Assembly: GCA_016204995.1 (NCBI GenBank)
Contig: JACQJR010000001.1
Span: forward strand, 473,666 to 537,665
Reading direction: 5' to 3'
DNA from: Candidatus Microgenomates bacterium
GTDB lineage: Bacteria; Patescibacteriota; Microgenomatia; UBA8517; JACQJR01
DNA: 64,000 bases
Shown: positions 27,860 through 34,955 of the stretch, in pieces
Numbering within the stretch: position 1 is the stretch's first letter
How the letters are laid out: each line of letters opens with the position of its first letter
Position numbers and translations under genes: made by a program
The notes under the pieces: generated by a model
What the model was told of the DNA's origin: nothing
Database searches by the model: none
The model's input: only the letters and a program-made list of their open reading frames with translations

Positions 27860-28215
27860 CAGGTTTCGACGGAGAGCACCTTAACACTATAGCAAGCCGG
27901 CTTTGATGAATAGCCGTTAAACAGCATCAAAACAAAAGCGTCAACTCAAAAGGTAACGCTCCAGCATACGCTTACGCGTCTTAAACTGCTGGCATCTTTA
28001 CTAGGCTCTCCTGTGGTTTGGATAAAGGTGTAAAAATAGCAGGATGCTTTTCAAGTTTGGTTGATCAGCAAACTTGAAGAAAAGACTTTCTGAAATTACT
28101 TAAAAATGAGTGTCAATTATCAAATTTTTAAGGACATAAAATAATTGACTAAGCTTGTATAACTATAGTATTTCGGTCTTTTCGGATGAGGGTCCAATTC
28201 CCTCCATCTCCACCA
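27852..28215 (+). ncRNA. ssrA: tmRNA (ssrA)
   Basis: 5' end GGGGATGACAGGTTTCGACGG. 3' tRNA-like end GGATGAGGGTCCAATTCCCTCCATCTCCACCA with encoded CCA. The 5' GGGGATG pairs with the 3' CATCTCC. A candidate tag ORF ends ...NAPAYAYAS-stop. Confidence 0.85.
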
Positions 28216-28324
28216 TAAGATACTTTCATTTTTTTTGCGAATTCTATTTGTTTCTTTTCCTTGCCACACCCTCCCTGCGCGGAAAAAGGCAAAGTACCCC
28301 TAAAACCAATAAACTTATGTGCTA

Positions 28325-28369
28325 ACTATAGTATGTAGAACCAAAGTTAGCAAGAGCGTAGACTATAGT
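28325..28369. promoter_or_regulatory. Two copies of the palindrome ACTATAGT upstream of the C-protein gene, a candidate C-box operator
   Basis: aACTATAGTatg at 28325-28332 and gACTATAGTt at 28362-28369. The latter ends 9 bp before the ATG. Confidence 0.35.
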
Positions 28370-28377
28370 TATCAACT

Positions 28378-28590
28378 ATGAAAAGAGAGATTTTAATAAA
28401 ATTTGGTAAAAAAGTTCGTGAGCGACGCTTTGAGCTTGGATTGTCGCAAGAGGAATTAGCGGCAAGAGCGGGTGTACATCGCACCTATGTTGGCATGATA
28501 GAGCGAGCGGAAAAGAATATCACACTAACGAATATCGAAAAAATTGCAAAAGCTCTCGATTTTTCACTAGACGAAATCACGAAATTATAA
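28378..28590 (+). CDS. Restriction-modification controller (C) protein, XRE-family HTH
   Basis: 70 aa HTH (LSQEELAARAGVHRTYVGMIERAEKNITL). Gene ends 2 bp before the endonuclease gene, as in C-R-M systems such as PvuII. Confidence 0.55.
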   Translation: MKREILIKFGKKVRERRFELGLSQEELAARAGVHRTYVGMIERAEKNITLTNIEKIAKALDFSLDEITKL

Positions 28591-28592
28591 AT

Positions 28593-29189
28593 ATGGGAAC
28601 AAACGAATTAAGAAAAAGAAAAATTTGGCAGGATGTCAGCGGTGGAAAGGCCGGAGTTGCAGAGAAGAAATTTTTTGACATCTTCACGAAGGAGTTTAAA
28701 GGTACAAATTTTAGAATTCGCTCAAAACCGAGAGAATTCAAAGATATTTACTCAAAAATAAAACTTACCGCAGAAATATTAAAGGGTATCTATAACCCAA
28801 ACGAAACTTGGGTACACGGACTAATTCCTGACTACGCAATAGATAACATCAAGACAGGGAAAACACTGTATGTAGAGGTTAAAAGGCAGGATGGGTGGGT
28901 TGAGGGTAAACCTTGCAAAGCTGGTAGAGGAAATGCCCATGAGAGATCGAATAAACTGTTCACTCCAGGAATACTAAAATTAATGAGAGAACACGGAAAA
29001 ATAGGAAAGGACGTGTTGCCGTTCTGGGTTGTTTTTCAGGGAGATATAGCTCGCGACCCCAAAAGAGTTAGGGAAATACATTTTTGGTACGGGGATTATT
29101 CCGACAACTTCTTTTTATGGAGTAATTCTTTGGATGAGAAATCTGTAATTAATCACTTCAACAAAAAACTGAAACGCTTTTTACTTTAG
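28593..29189 (+). CDS. Putative type II restriction endonuclease (PD-(D/E)xK)
   Basis: 198 aa. LIPDYAIDNIKTGKTLYVEVKRQ gives a PD...EVK catalytic motif. Lies between the C gene and a convergent methyltransferase. Confidence 0.45.
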   Translation: MGTNELRKRKIWQDVSGGKAGVAEKKFFDIFTKEFKGTNFRIRSKPREFKDIYSKIKLTAEILKGIYNPNETWVHGLIPDYAIDNIKTGKTLYVEVKRQDGWVEGKPCKAGRGNAHERSNKLFTPGILKLMREHGKIGKDVLPFWVVFQGDIARDPKRVREIHFWYGDYSDNFFLWSNSLDEKSVINHFNKKLKRFLL

Positions 29190-29191
29190 TT

Positions 29192-29908
29192 CTACCGTTC
29201 CGTAAAAACATCTAAGCCCCACGCTGTCCATCCATCGGCTTTATTGCGAGCAAATAACTCAATTCGTTTGTGGTGAGGAAACATTTTTTCTATCGCCCCC
29301 ATCACTTCTTTTGGTTTTTCGCTGTGCTCTCCTCTCCGAACTCGCACAAGCTGTTTAATATTTCTTGCGCCTCTCGGTTTTGGTATTTTGCCGCGCTTAA
29401 ATACCAAGCATAACTCACAATTTGAAAGTGTATACTGGCCTGGATTGTGATTCATTTTGTCCCAAACAAAAGCAACGGTTTTGTAATTAAATCCCCACGC
29501 CTCGCCCAATGCGACTGCTTGGGCTAAATGAGGATTTGATGTCCACATGAACAAAAGGCAATCATTATTTGCAATCTCTTGTACTGGTAATTTTTTTAAC
29601 TCTTCCGTTTTGAGTGTTGGATACTTAAACGATGCCGAGCTTATAAATATTTTTCGGGATAAATCGATTTTATCGACGCTAGCACTACTTTTATCAAATT
29701 GCAGTTTGCCATTGTAGTCCCAAGGAGGGTCGGCGTAAATTATATCGAACTTTTGATTGGGTAATTTTGGATAAAGCTCATCCAAAGTGTTTTGCCTTGT
29801 TCGTTTCTTGGCGTCGTGTTTGTAAATTGAATAACCAGTTTGTTTTTTCGATAGACCAAACATAGTTTGTTGACTAATTTCTCTCATGTTGATAACTGTA
29901 GTATACAC
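29192..29908 (-). CDS. MT-A70-family N6-adenine DNA methyltransferase. Start is GTG at 29908 or ATG at 29887.
   Basis: Motif IV IIYADPPWDYN. Convergent with, and 2 bp away from, the endonuclease gene. Confidence 0.7.
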   Translation of the reverse strand: MYTTVINMREISQQTMFGLSKKQTGYSIYKHDAKKRTRQNTLDELYPKLPNQKFDIIYADPPWDYNGKLQFDKSSASVDKIDLSRKIFISSASFKYPTLKTEELKKLPVQEIANNDCLLFMWTSNPHLAQAVALGEAWGFNYKTVAFVWDKMNHNPGQYTLSNCELCLVFKRGKIPKPRGARNIKQLVRVRRGEHSEKPKEVMGAIEKMFPHHKRIELFARNKADGWTAWGLDVFTER

Positions 29909-29944
29909 ATGCTAAAATAACTATGCAAGTGGAATAAGCACAAA

Positions 29945-30694
29945 ATGACAAAATCTTTCAAGGAAATAGCTCATGAAATCCTAAAGGGAGCAGGTAAGCC
30001 GCTTCACAGTAAAGAAATAACGAGAATAGCAAAAGAACGCGGCTTGCTTCAAACCGAAGGAAAAACGCCAGAGGCGACAATGAACGCCCAGCTTCTTGTT
30101 GATGTAAATAGCAGAGGTGAGTTATCAAGCTTTAAAAAAGTTGGACCAAGCACATTTACTATCAATGATAAAAAAGTTGAAATTCAAGAAGAAGCAAAAC
30201 CTGATCGCATCATCGAGGAACTGGAGCTTGAGGAAGAGAAACAGGTTGAGGGTGGATACATTGGAAAAGCTGGTGAACATACCGTACTTTCAGAACTTCT
30301 ATTCCGCGGATACAATGCCGCGCTTATGTCGGTTGATGTTGGCGTAGATATTCTAGCGACGAGAAATAACGAAACTTTCCATATTCAGGTTAAAACGCGG
30401 AATATCAGCAAGCGACATGATGCTTTCCATTTCAATTTACGAATTGTCTCGTTTGAGAGGCACAACGCAGGAAAAACTTTTTATATCTTTGTCTTGAGAG
30501 AAAATGGAAAGCTAGATTATTTGATTTTGCCACTGCTTGAAGTAGAAAAAGCGATAGAGCAAGAATTTGTTCATGTTGTTGGGAAAGGGAAACTCTATCG
30601 CATTACAATTACACGCAGAGAGGGCAAAATTTATCTTGGCAGACGAGATAATGAAGTTTCGTACTTTTTGAATAAATGGGATATTATTAAATAG
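29945..30694 (+). CDS. HARE-HTH + Mrr_cat-like restriction endonuclease (Mrr-like)
   Basis: N-terminal FKEIAHEILKGAGKPLHSKEITRIAKERGLLQTEGKTPEATMNAQL is a HARE-HTH domain. C-terminal DVGVDILA...FHIQVKTR is an Mrr-type D..(Q)xK core. Confidence 0.55.
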   Translation: MTKSFKEIAHEILKGAGKPLHSKEITRIAKERGLLQTEGKTPEATMNAQLLVDVNSRGELSSFKKVGPSTFTINDKKVEIQEEAKPDRIIEELELEEEKQVEGGYIGKAGEHTVLSELLFRGYNAALMSVDVGVDILATRNNETFHIQVKTRNISKRHDAFHFNLRIVSFERHNAGKTFYIFVLRENGKLDYLILPLLEVEKAIEQEFVHVVGKGKLYRITITRREGKIYLGRRDNEVSYFLNKWDIIK

Positions 30695-30774
30695 AATTCG
30701 CCAAAAAATTTTTGTGAAGCCCAAGCCAAGGCGCGGCGGTTAAGAATAGTCATGACCTATTATATACTAGCCTA

Positions 30775-31455
30775 ATGGGTTTATCTCTGCTTGACCTAAT
30801 TTTTCCCAGGAAATGTGTTAGCTGTTTTAAGTTTGGTAGTTATCTCTGTAATGATTGTAGAGATAAAATTAAGCCTGGCGCACCGCAGATTTGTCCGGTC
30901 TGTGAGCGAGCTGCTATTGACGGATTAACTCATGTTAGTTGTAAAAATAACCTTGCCTTAGATGGTTTGAGCTATTTATTTATCTATAAACCGCCAATTT
31001 CTCTGCTTTTGAAGAAGCTAAAGTATCAATTTGGGACGGATGTGAAGAATGTTATTTTAGAATTGGCGTTAAATGAACTTAAAAACTACCTCTTAATGAA
31101 AAGAAAATTAACCTTAATTCCTATTCCTTTACATAATTTGCGCCGTAATTGGCGGGGATTTAACCAGTCGGCTTTATTGGGTCAGGAAATAGCTAATAAG
31201 CTGGGCTGGGAATTTCGTGAGGACCTGCTTTGGCGCATAAAATTAAAACCACCTCAAGCGAGCCTTAAAGGCAAAGCCCGCCAAGCTAATGTATCCGGCA
31301 TTTTCTCAACTAATCCTAAGAGCCTAACAGCCCAATTACCTAATGTCCTCTTATTTGACGATGTCTGGACCACTGGTTCTACCATGAAAGAAGCGGCCAA
31401 GGCGCTGAAAAAGGCCGGAGTCAAATTCGTTTGGGGAATAACAATTGCCAGATAA
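30775..31455 (+). CDS. comFC: ComF family phosphoribosyltransferase (competence protein ComFC)
   Basis: N-terminal double zinc ribbon (CVSCFKFGSYLCNDCR...CPVCER...HVSC). C-terminal PRTase motif VLLFDDVWTTGSTM. Confidence 0.7.
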   Translation: MGLSLLDLIFPRKCVSCFKFGSYLCNDCRDKIKPGAPQICPVCERAAIDGLTHVSCKNNLALDGLSYLFIYKPPISLLLKKLKYQFGTDVKNVILELALNELKNYLLMKRKLTLIPIPLHNLRRNWRGFNQSALLGQEIANKLGWEFREDLLWRIKLKPPQASLKGKARQANVSGIFSTNPKSLTAQLPNVLLFDDVWTTGSTMKEAAKALKKAGVKFVWGITIAR

Positions 31456-31460
31456 AAAAT

Positions 31461-31787
31461 CTACTCTTTAAACAAAGTTACTTTATTTTGTGAGTCATAT
31501 CTAGTTCCAGTAATTGAGTCATCTACCAGTCTGTCATATGCATGAGGGTTGATTTTAATATAAAAACCAGTTGCTGTTCTTTCAAGAATAACACCATCGC
31601 CTAAGTCATCAAAAAGTAGCTTTTGCACCACTACGGTTAAATCTTTTCCATTATCAGCTAGGCAGGAAATTGTTAAAGGAATTCCGATAATTTTATTGCC
31701 TTCTATCATTATTTGGCCTAGCTTCCGGGTTTCATCCTCGGAAAGGTAAATGTTTAGATCATCATTGAAATATTCAGCGCGTCCCAT
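31461..31787 (-). CDS. Small hypothetical protein. Start trimmed to the internal Met (MGRAEYF) to remove the out-of-frame overlap.
   Basis: The ORF-track 172 aa call overlaps the upstream gene by 158 nt in another frame. The shorter version removes that overlap. Confidence 0.35.
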   Translation of the reverse strand: MGRAEYFNDDLNIYLSEDETRKLGQIMIEGNKIIGIPLTISCLADNGKDLTVVVQKLLFDDLGDGVILERTATGFYIKINPHAYDRLVDDSITGTRYDSQNKVTLFKE

Positions 31788-31821
31788 AATCTTTTTCTTC
31801 AAGGGGGTTAATAAGAAATTA

Positions 31822-32700
31822 TTATTTAAGTAAGTTCTCGTCGATATGCCCCGATGCACTTGTTCCGATCTTTCTCCACGATACATGCACATCGCCAGTT
31901 TTTTTATCAAGCGTATTGGTAACGATATGGTACGTGTATTCGGCGGGTACGCCCCAGTCTGCAGGGTGTGTAAGTGCAACCTTAAATGAAATTATTACAT
32001 TGTCTGTATTCTCCATAATCGATACGTTATGAAGCTTGTTTTCGGTAATATAGGTCCAACCTTGACCATAGTAATATTCAAGAAAATTTAAAAAACTGTC
32101 AGCGGTTTTAGGAGAATATTTAAATGTACCAATCGATAGTGAATAATCACTGCCTAGAGTTATGGTATGTTCTTTGGTAGTTGGAGTAAAATAATTGCAA
32201 TTTTCTAATAGAATATGTCTCCAAAAGGATTCTCCCGCAGTTGAAATTACATAGTGGTAATGGGTATCAGCTTTCCAGTGATCAACAAGGTGCCAGGTAC
32301 CATAACCTTCTGCCATTCGTTGTTTTTTCTGTTCGGGTGTCTTTTGAGGGTCATCAAGCACGATGTCGTGATTTTCAGCGGCTAGATATTTTGTAAAAAT
32401 CGACATAGCTGAATCCTCATCGGTTCCACAGAGTTTATAGTACTGTGTTGATGTTGAATCAGTTGGAGTTAATATTCTTGCATCTATGAAATTATATGGC
32501 ACATTATTGGGATTTTTTACATATTTACCGAAACCCAACGATTCAGAGACATTCTTTATTTGAATAACTTTAATTGTCTTGATATCTTGATTTTTATTCG
32601 TTAGTTTCTCTTGTCTAGAAAAAATAAAATAGCTACCACCAATTAGGATTGTACTAATAATTACAATTAGGGCTAGATTCACAAATCCTTTTTTATTCAT
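31822..32700 (-). CDS. Hypothetical membrane-anchored protein. Start moved to MNKKGFV; the track's N-terminal extension runs over a tRNA.
   Basis: TM helix FVNLALIVIISTILIGGSYFIF follows the proposed start. The first 48 codons of the track ORF overlap tRNA-Ser. Confidence 0.45.
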   Translation of the reverse strand: MNKKGFVNLALIVIISTILIGGSYFIFSRQEKLTNKNQDIKTIKVIQIKNVSESLGFGKYVKNPNNVPYNFIDARILTPTDSTSTQYYKLCGTDEDSAMSIFTKYLAAENHDIVLDDPQKTPEQKKQRMAEGYGTWHLVDHWKADTHYHYVISTAGESFWRHILLENCNYFTPTTKEHTITLGSDYSLSIGTFKYSPKTADSFLNFLEYYYGQGWTYITENKLHNVSIMENTDNVIISFKVALTHPADWGVPAEYTYHIVTNTLDKKTGDVHVSWRKIGTSASGHIDENLLK

Positions 32701-32704
32701 ATCT

Positions 32705-32789
32705 GCGGAAGGGGCGAGATTCGAACTCGCGTAGGGATTACTCCCTATGGTTTTCAAGACCATCCCGTTTGGCCGCTCCGGCACCCTTC
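32705..32789 (-). tRNA. tRNA-Ser (anticodon TGA)
   Basis: Minus strand GGAAGGG..CTTGAAAAC (anticodon loop)..long variable arm GGGAGTAATCCCTAC..GCGAGTTCGAATCTCGC..CCCTTCCG. The 7 bp acceptor stem is perfect. Confidence 0.8.
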
Positions 32790-32850
32790 CTAGACTTGCG
32801 CGATAAGCGTAGCTTGGCCCTTGCGGGCTAAACCGCTCGGCCAACCCTCC
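32790..32850 (-). other. tRNA-like 5' fragment (Ser/Leu-type D-arm, GGAGGGTTGGCCGAGCGG...) directly upstream of tRNA-Ser(TGA); possible remnant
   Basis: Shares its acceptor/D-arm start with tRNA-Ser(GCT) at 33535 (GGAGGGT) and the GCCGAGCGG D-loop. Lacks a T-arm. Contains a GCCC-GCAA-GGGC tetraloop hairpin. Confidence 0.3.
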
Positions 32851-32855
32851 AATAA

Positions 32856-33116
32856 TTATTTAGCCATTCCCTCAAAAAGAAGCTTTTTGATTAAAGCTTG
32901 ATAGGGCACATCCATTTTATTAGCCGCTATTTTCAATCTCTCAATCAAAGTTTGCGGTAAGCGGATAGTAATAGGTTTGCTAGTTAATTTGAGGTTGGGA
33001 AACTTTACATTTTTGACAGAACTATAGTCAACATATTCAGTAGAATCATGAGTTTGCCAAAATTTCCTTTCCTCAGCTTCATTTTTAAAGTGGGGTATGG
33101 TTTTTAATTGTTTCAT
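32856..33116 (-). CDS. brnA: BrnA antitoxin (CopG/RHH-like)
   Basis: 86 aa. FKNEAEERKFWQTHDSTEYVDYS...RLPQTLIERLKIAANKMDVPYQALIKKLL matches the BrnA family. 4 bp overlap with brnT. Confidence 0.75.
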   Translation of the reverse strand: MKQLKTIPHFKNEAEERKFWQTHDSTEYVDYSSVKNVKFPNLKLTSKPITIRLPQTLIERLKIAANKMDVPYQALIKKLLFEGMAK

Positions 33117-33409
33117 ACTTTTTTATAATAAACCTCTCTTTCTTTTTTATTTGCTAGCCTGCCTGATATGACCCTTACTTGATTACTCCTAACAGTAAAT
33201 ACCACAAACAAGATTTTATTCTCTGTAGTTTTACCAATGGCGATAAAACGTTGCTCTTGTTCTTGATGTTTAATATCCTCTTCTATTTTAACATTTTCAT
33301 CCAAAAATATTTCTTCAGTTTCATTGGGTGTAATATTATGTTTTTGATAACTCTTATCAAGGTTGCCTTTATCCCATTCAAACCCAGAAAGTTTTTTAAA
33401 ATCAGTCAC
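33113..33409 (-). CDS. brnT: BrnT toxin (DUF497 ribonuclease toxin)
   Basis: 98 aa. FEWDKGNLDKSYQKHNITPNETEEIF...RFIAIGKT...ILFVVFTVRSNQVRVISGRLANKKEREVY matches the BrnT family. Confidence 0.8.
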   Translation of the reverse strand: MTDFKKLSGFEWDKGNLDKSYQKHNITPNETEEIFLDENVKIEEDIKHQEQEQRFIAIGKTTENKILFVVFTVRSNQVRVISGRLANKKEREVYYKKV

Positions 33410-33410
33410 T

Positions 33411-33445
33411 GTACATATTATATATGTACAAATTTATATTGTCAA
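33411..33445 (-). promoter_or_regulatory. brnTA promoter with an overlapping near-palindromic operator
   Basis: Minus strand reads TTGACA (33440-33445), 17 nt, TATAAT (33417-33422). The -10 lies inside the palindrome gtacatattatatatgtac (33411-33429). Confidence 0.45.
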
Positions 33446-33534
33446 CATATAATTTTTGTTGAATATGATCTTTCTGCTGAACAGAAACGGTTAGTTTACT
33501 AATTCCCATAATTAGTTTATAATTGGGCTGCCCA

Positions 33535-33618
33535 GGAGGGTGGGCCGGACGGTAAGGCACAGGTTTGCTAAACCTGCAGGGCGAAAGTCCTGAGTGGGTT
33601 CAACTCCCACACCCTCCG
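33535..33618 (+). tRNA. tRNA-Ser (anticodon GCT)
   Basis: GGAGGGT..CAGGTTTGCTAAACCTG (anticodon loop)..long variable arm..GGTTCAACTCC..ACCCTCCG. Confidence 0.8.
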
Positions 33619-33625
33619 CTTGTAT

Positions 33626-34147
33626 ATGGATACAACTGCCGAACAAAACAGGGATAGTACTTTGAAAAAAGAGGAGATGCTGTTTTCTTGGAAAGCTCCT
33701 GTGAGGCCATTTAAGGCTCGGGGAAGCCAGTTTTTTTCAACAGTAGTCTTGTTAGGCATTTTACTATCAGTAATTGGCTTTGTTTTAGAAGGACCGATGG
33801 TAGTAGTTCTAGTCTGGGCAGTGGTATTTTTGGTTTTTGTCTTGTTTAGCGTTCCGCCGGAAGAGATTGAATATACTATTACTAATAAAAATATCGTTAT
33901 CGCCGGTAAAAAATATGGTTTGGATGAAGTATCGCGTTTTTGGTTAACCGAAAGGTGGGGGCATAATTTATTAGTTTTTGAGATGCCAGTGAGGTTTCCA
34001 GGCAGACTAGAAATGGTAATTAATTCTGGGGATCGCGAGAAAATTAAAGAGACTTTAGAAAATTATTTAACATATGAGGAAGAACCACCGGGTATGGCTG
34101 ATAAAACAGCTAGCTGGCTGTCTAAAAAGCTATCGCTTGATAATTAA
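33626..34147 (+). CDS. Hypothetical membrane protein with two adjacent TM helices. ATG start at 33626.
   Basis: FFSTVVLLGILLSVIGFVL and VVVLVWAVVFLVFVLF helices. The track start at 33620 is a TTG abutting the tRNA. Confidence 0.4.
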   Translation: MDTTAEQNRDSTLKKEEMLFSWKAPVRPFKARGSQFFSTVVLLGILLSVIGFVLEGPMVVVLVWAVVFLVFVLFSVPPEEIEYTITNKNIVIAGKKYGLDEVSRFWLTERWGHNLLVFEMPVRFPGRLEMVINSGDREKIKETLENYLTYEEEPPGMADKTASWLSKKLSLDN

Positions 34148-34165
34148 CTTGCCCGCAAGGAATAT

Positions 34166-34239
34166 GTGCTCGTAGTTCAATTGGATAGAACACCAGGTTG
34201 CGGACTTGGCGGTTGGAGGTTCGAATCCTCTCGGGCACA
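34166..34239 (+). tRNA. tRNA-Arg. Anticodon reads GCG, which is unusual and needs confirmation.
   Basis: GTGCTCG TA GTTCAATTGGATAGAAC A CCAGG TTGCGGA CTTGG CGGTT GGAGGTTCGAATCCTCT CGGGCAC A. Cloverleaf is good; loop is TTGCGGA. Confidence 0.6.
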
Positions 34240-34329
34240 CTAAATAAATTAGGAGAGGTGCAGGGAATGGCTATCCGGACGGTTTCGCCACCGCGAAGCG
34301 GGGTCCCGCTCCGCGGGAAAAACCATCAG

Positions 34330-34411
34330 GGAGGGTTGGCAGAATGGTAATGCGCCGGTTTCGAAAACCGGTGGGCGAAAGCCCATAGAGGTTCGAGCCC
34401 TCTACCCTCCG
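34330..34411 (+). tRNA. tRNA-Ser (anticodon CGA)
   Basis: GGAGGGT..CCGGTTTCGAAAACCGG (anticodon loop)..long variable arm TGGGCGAAAGCCCATA..GGTTCGAGCCC..ACCCTCCG. Confidence 0.8.
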
Positions 34412-34429
34412 CCCTGAGTTCACCGAAGG

Positions 34430-34503
34430 GCTCTCGTAGCGCAACTGGACAGAGCACCAGCTTCCGGAGTTGGGGGTTGCGAGTTCAAATCTCGCCGAGA
34501 GCA
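34430..34503 (+). tRNA. tRNA-Arg (anticodon CCG)
   Basis: GCTCTCG..CCAGC TTCCGGA GTTGG (anticodon loop)..GCGAGTTCAAATCTCGC..CGAGAGCA. Confidence 0.75.
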
Positions 34504-34505
34504 CT

Positions 34506-34955
34506 ATGGCAGATGAAATATTTGTTAGCGGAGCCCTGGTTTTCAAACCAAGGGGTAAAAAAACGCTGTGGTTAGTGGTTAAGCCGTCGCATGAAGATGC
34601 TTGGCAATTACCTAAAGGGGTGGTGCGGCCAGGTGAATCTTCGGTCAGGGCGGCCATGCGAACAGTGTCCAAGCTAACTGGATTGCGGGCCAATGTGGTG
34701 GAAGAAATCAGTAGAATTAATACTACCACCACCCGCAACAGCGCTCCTATTCCCCGTAGGACCCTTTATTACTTAATGGAAGGCAAGGAGAAAGATATTG
34801 AAGTAGAAGTTACCCCCAACGTCAGACTGGAATGGAAAGAATTCCCCACGGCCAAATCTAGATTGGCTACTTTAACTGAAAAAAAGATCCTTTCCCAAGG
34901 TCGGTCAGTACTTGCCTCATGGTACAAAAGAGACGGACAAAGACTAATGCAATGA
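34506..34955 (+). CDS. NUDIX-like hydrolase (degenerate Nudix box). ATG start at 34506, directly after the tRNA.
   Basis: LPKGVVRPGESSVRAAMRTVSKLTGL approximates G-x5-E-x7-RE..EE.G. Confidence 0.45.
   Translation: MADEIFVSGALVFKPRGKKTLWLVVKPSHEDAWQLPKGVVRPGESSVRAAMRTVSKLTGLRANVVEEISRINTTTTRNSAPIPRRTLYYLMEGKEKDIEVEVTPNVRLEWKEFPTAKSRLATLTEKKILSQGRSVLASWYKRDGQRLMQ

Noticed and set aside
31822-32844. 340 aa version of the membrane protein, and the 172 aa version of 31461..31979
   Set aside because: The long N-terminal extension reads through tRNA-Ser(TGA) and the tRNA-like fragment. The 172 aa ORF overlaps its neighbour by 158 nt out of frame. Shorter starts at internal Met codons resolve both.
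33568-33759. 63 aa minus-strand ORF
   Set aside because: Overlaps tRNA-Ser(GCT) and the 5' end of a plus-strand membrane-protein gene.
34262-34329. GC-rich segment between tRNA-Arg(GCG) and tRNA-Ser(CGA) considered as another tRNA or ncRNA
   Set aside because: It forms local hairpins (gcggg/cccgc, ccgcgg) but has no T-arm (GTTCGAATC-like) and no cloverleaf on either strand. More likely a processing spacer or terminator.
34271-34738. 155 aa minus-strand ORF from the six-frame track
   Set aside because: It runs antisense across three tRNA genes (Arg, Ser, Arg) and the start of a NUDIX gene. GC-rich tRNA DNA commonly yields spurious ORFs.
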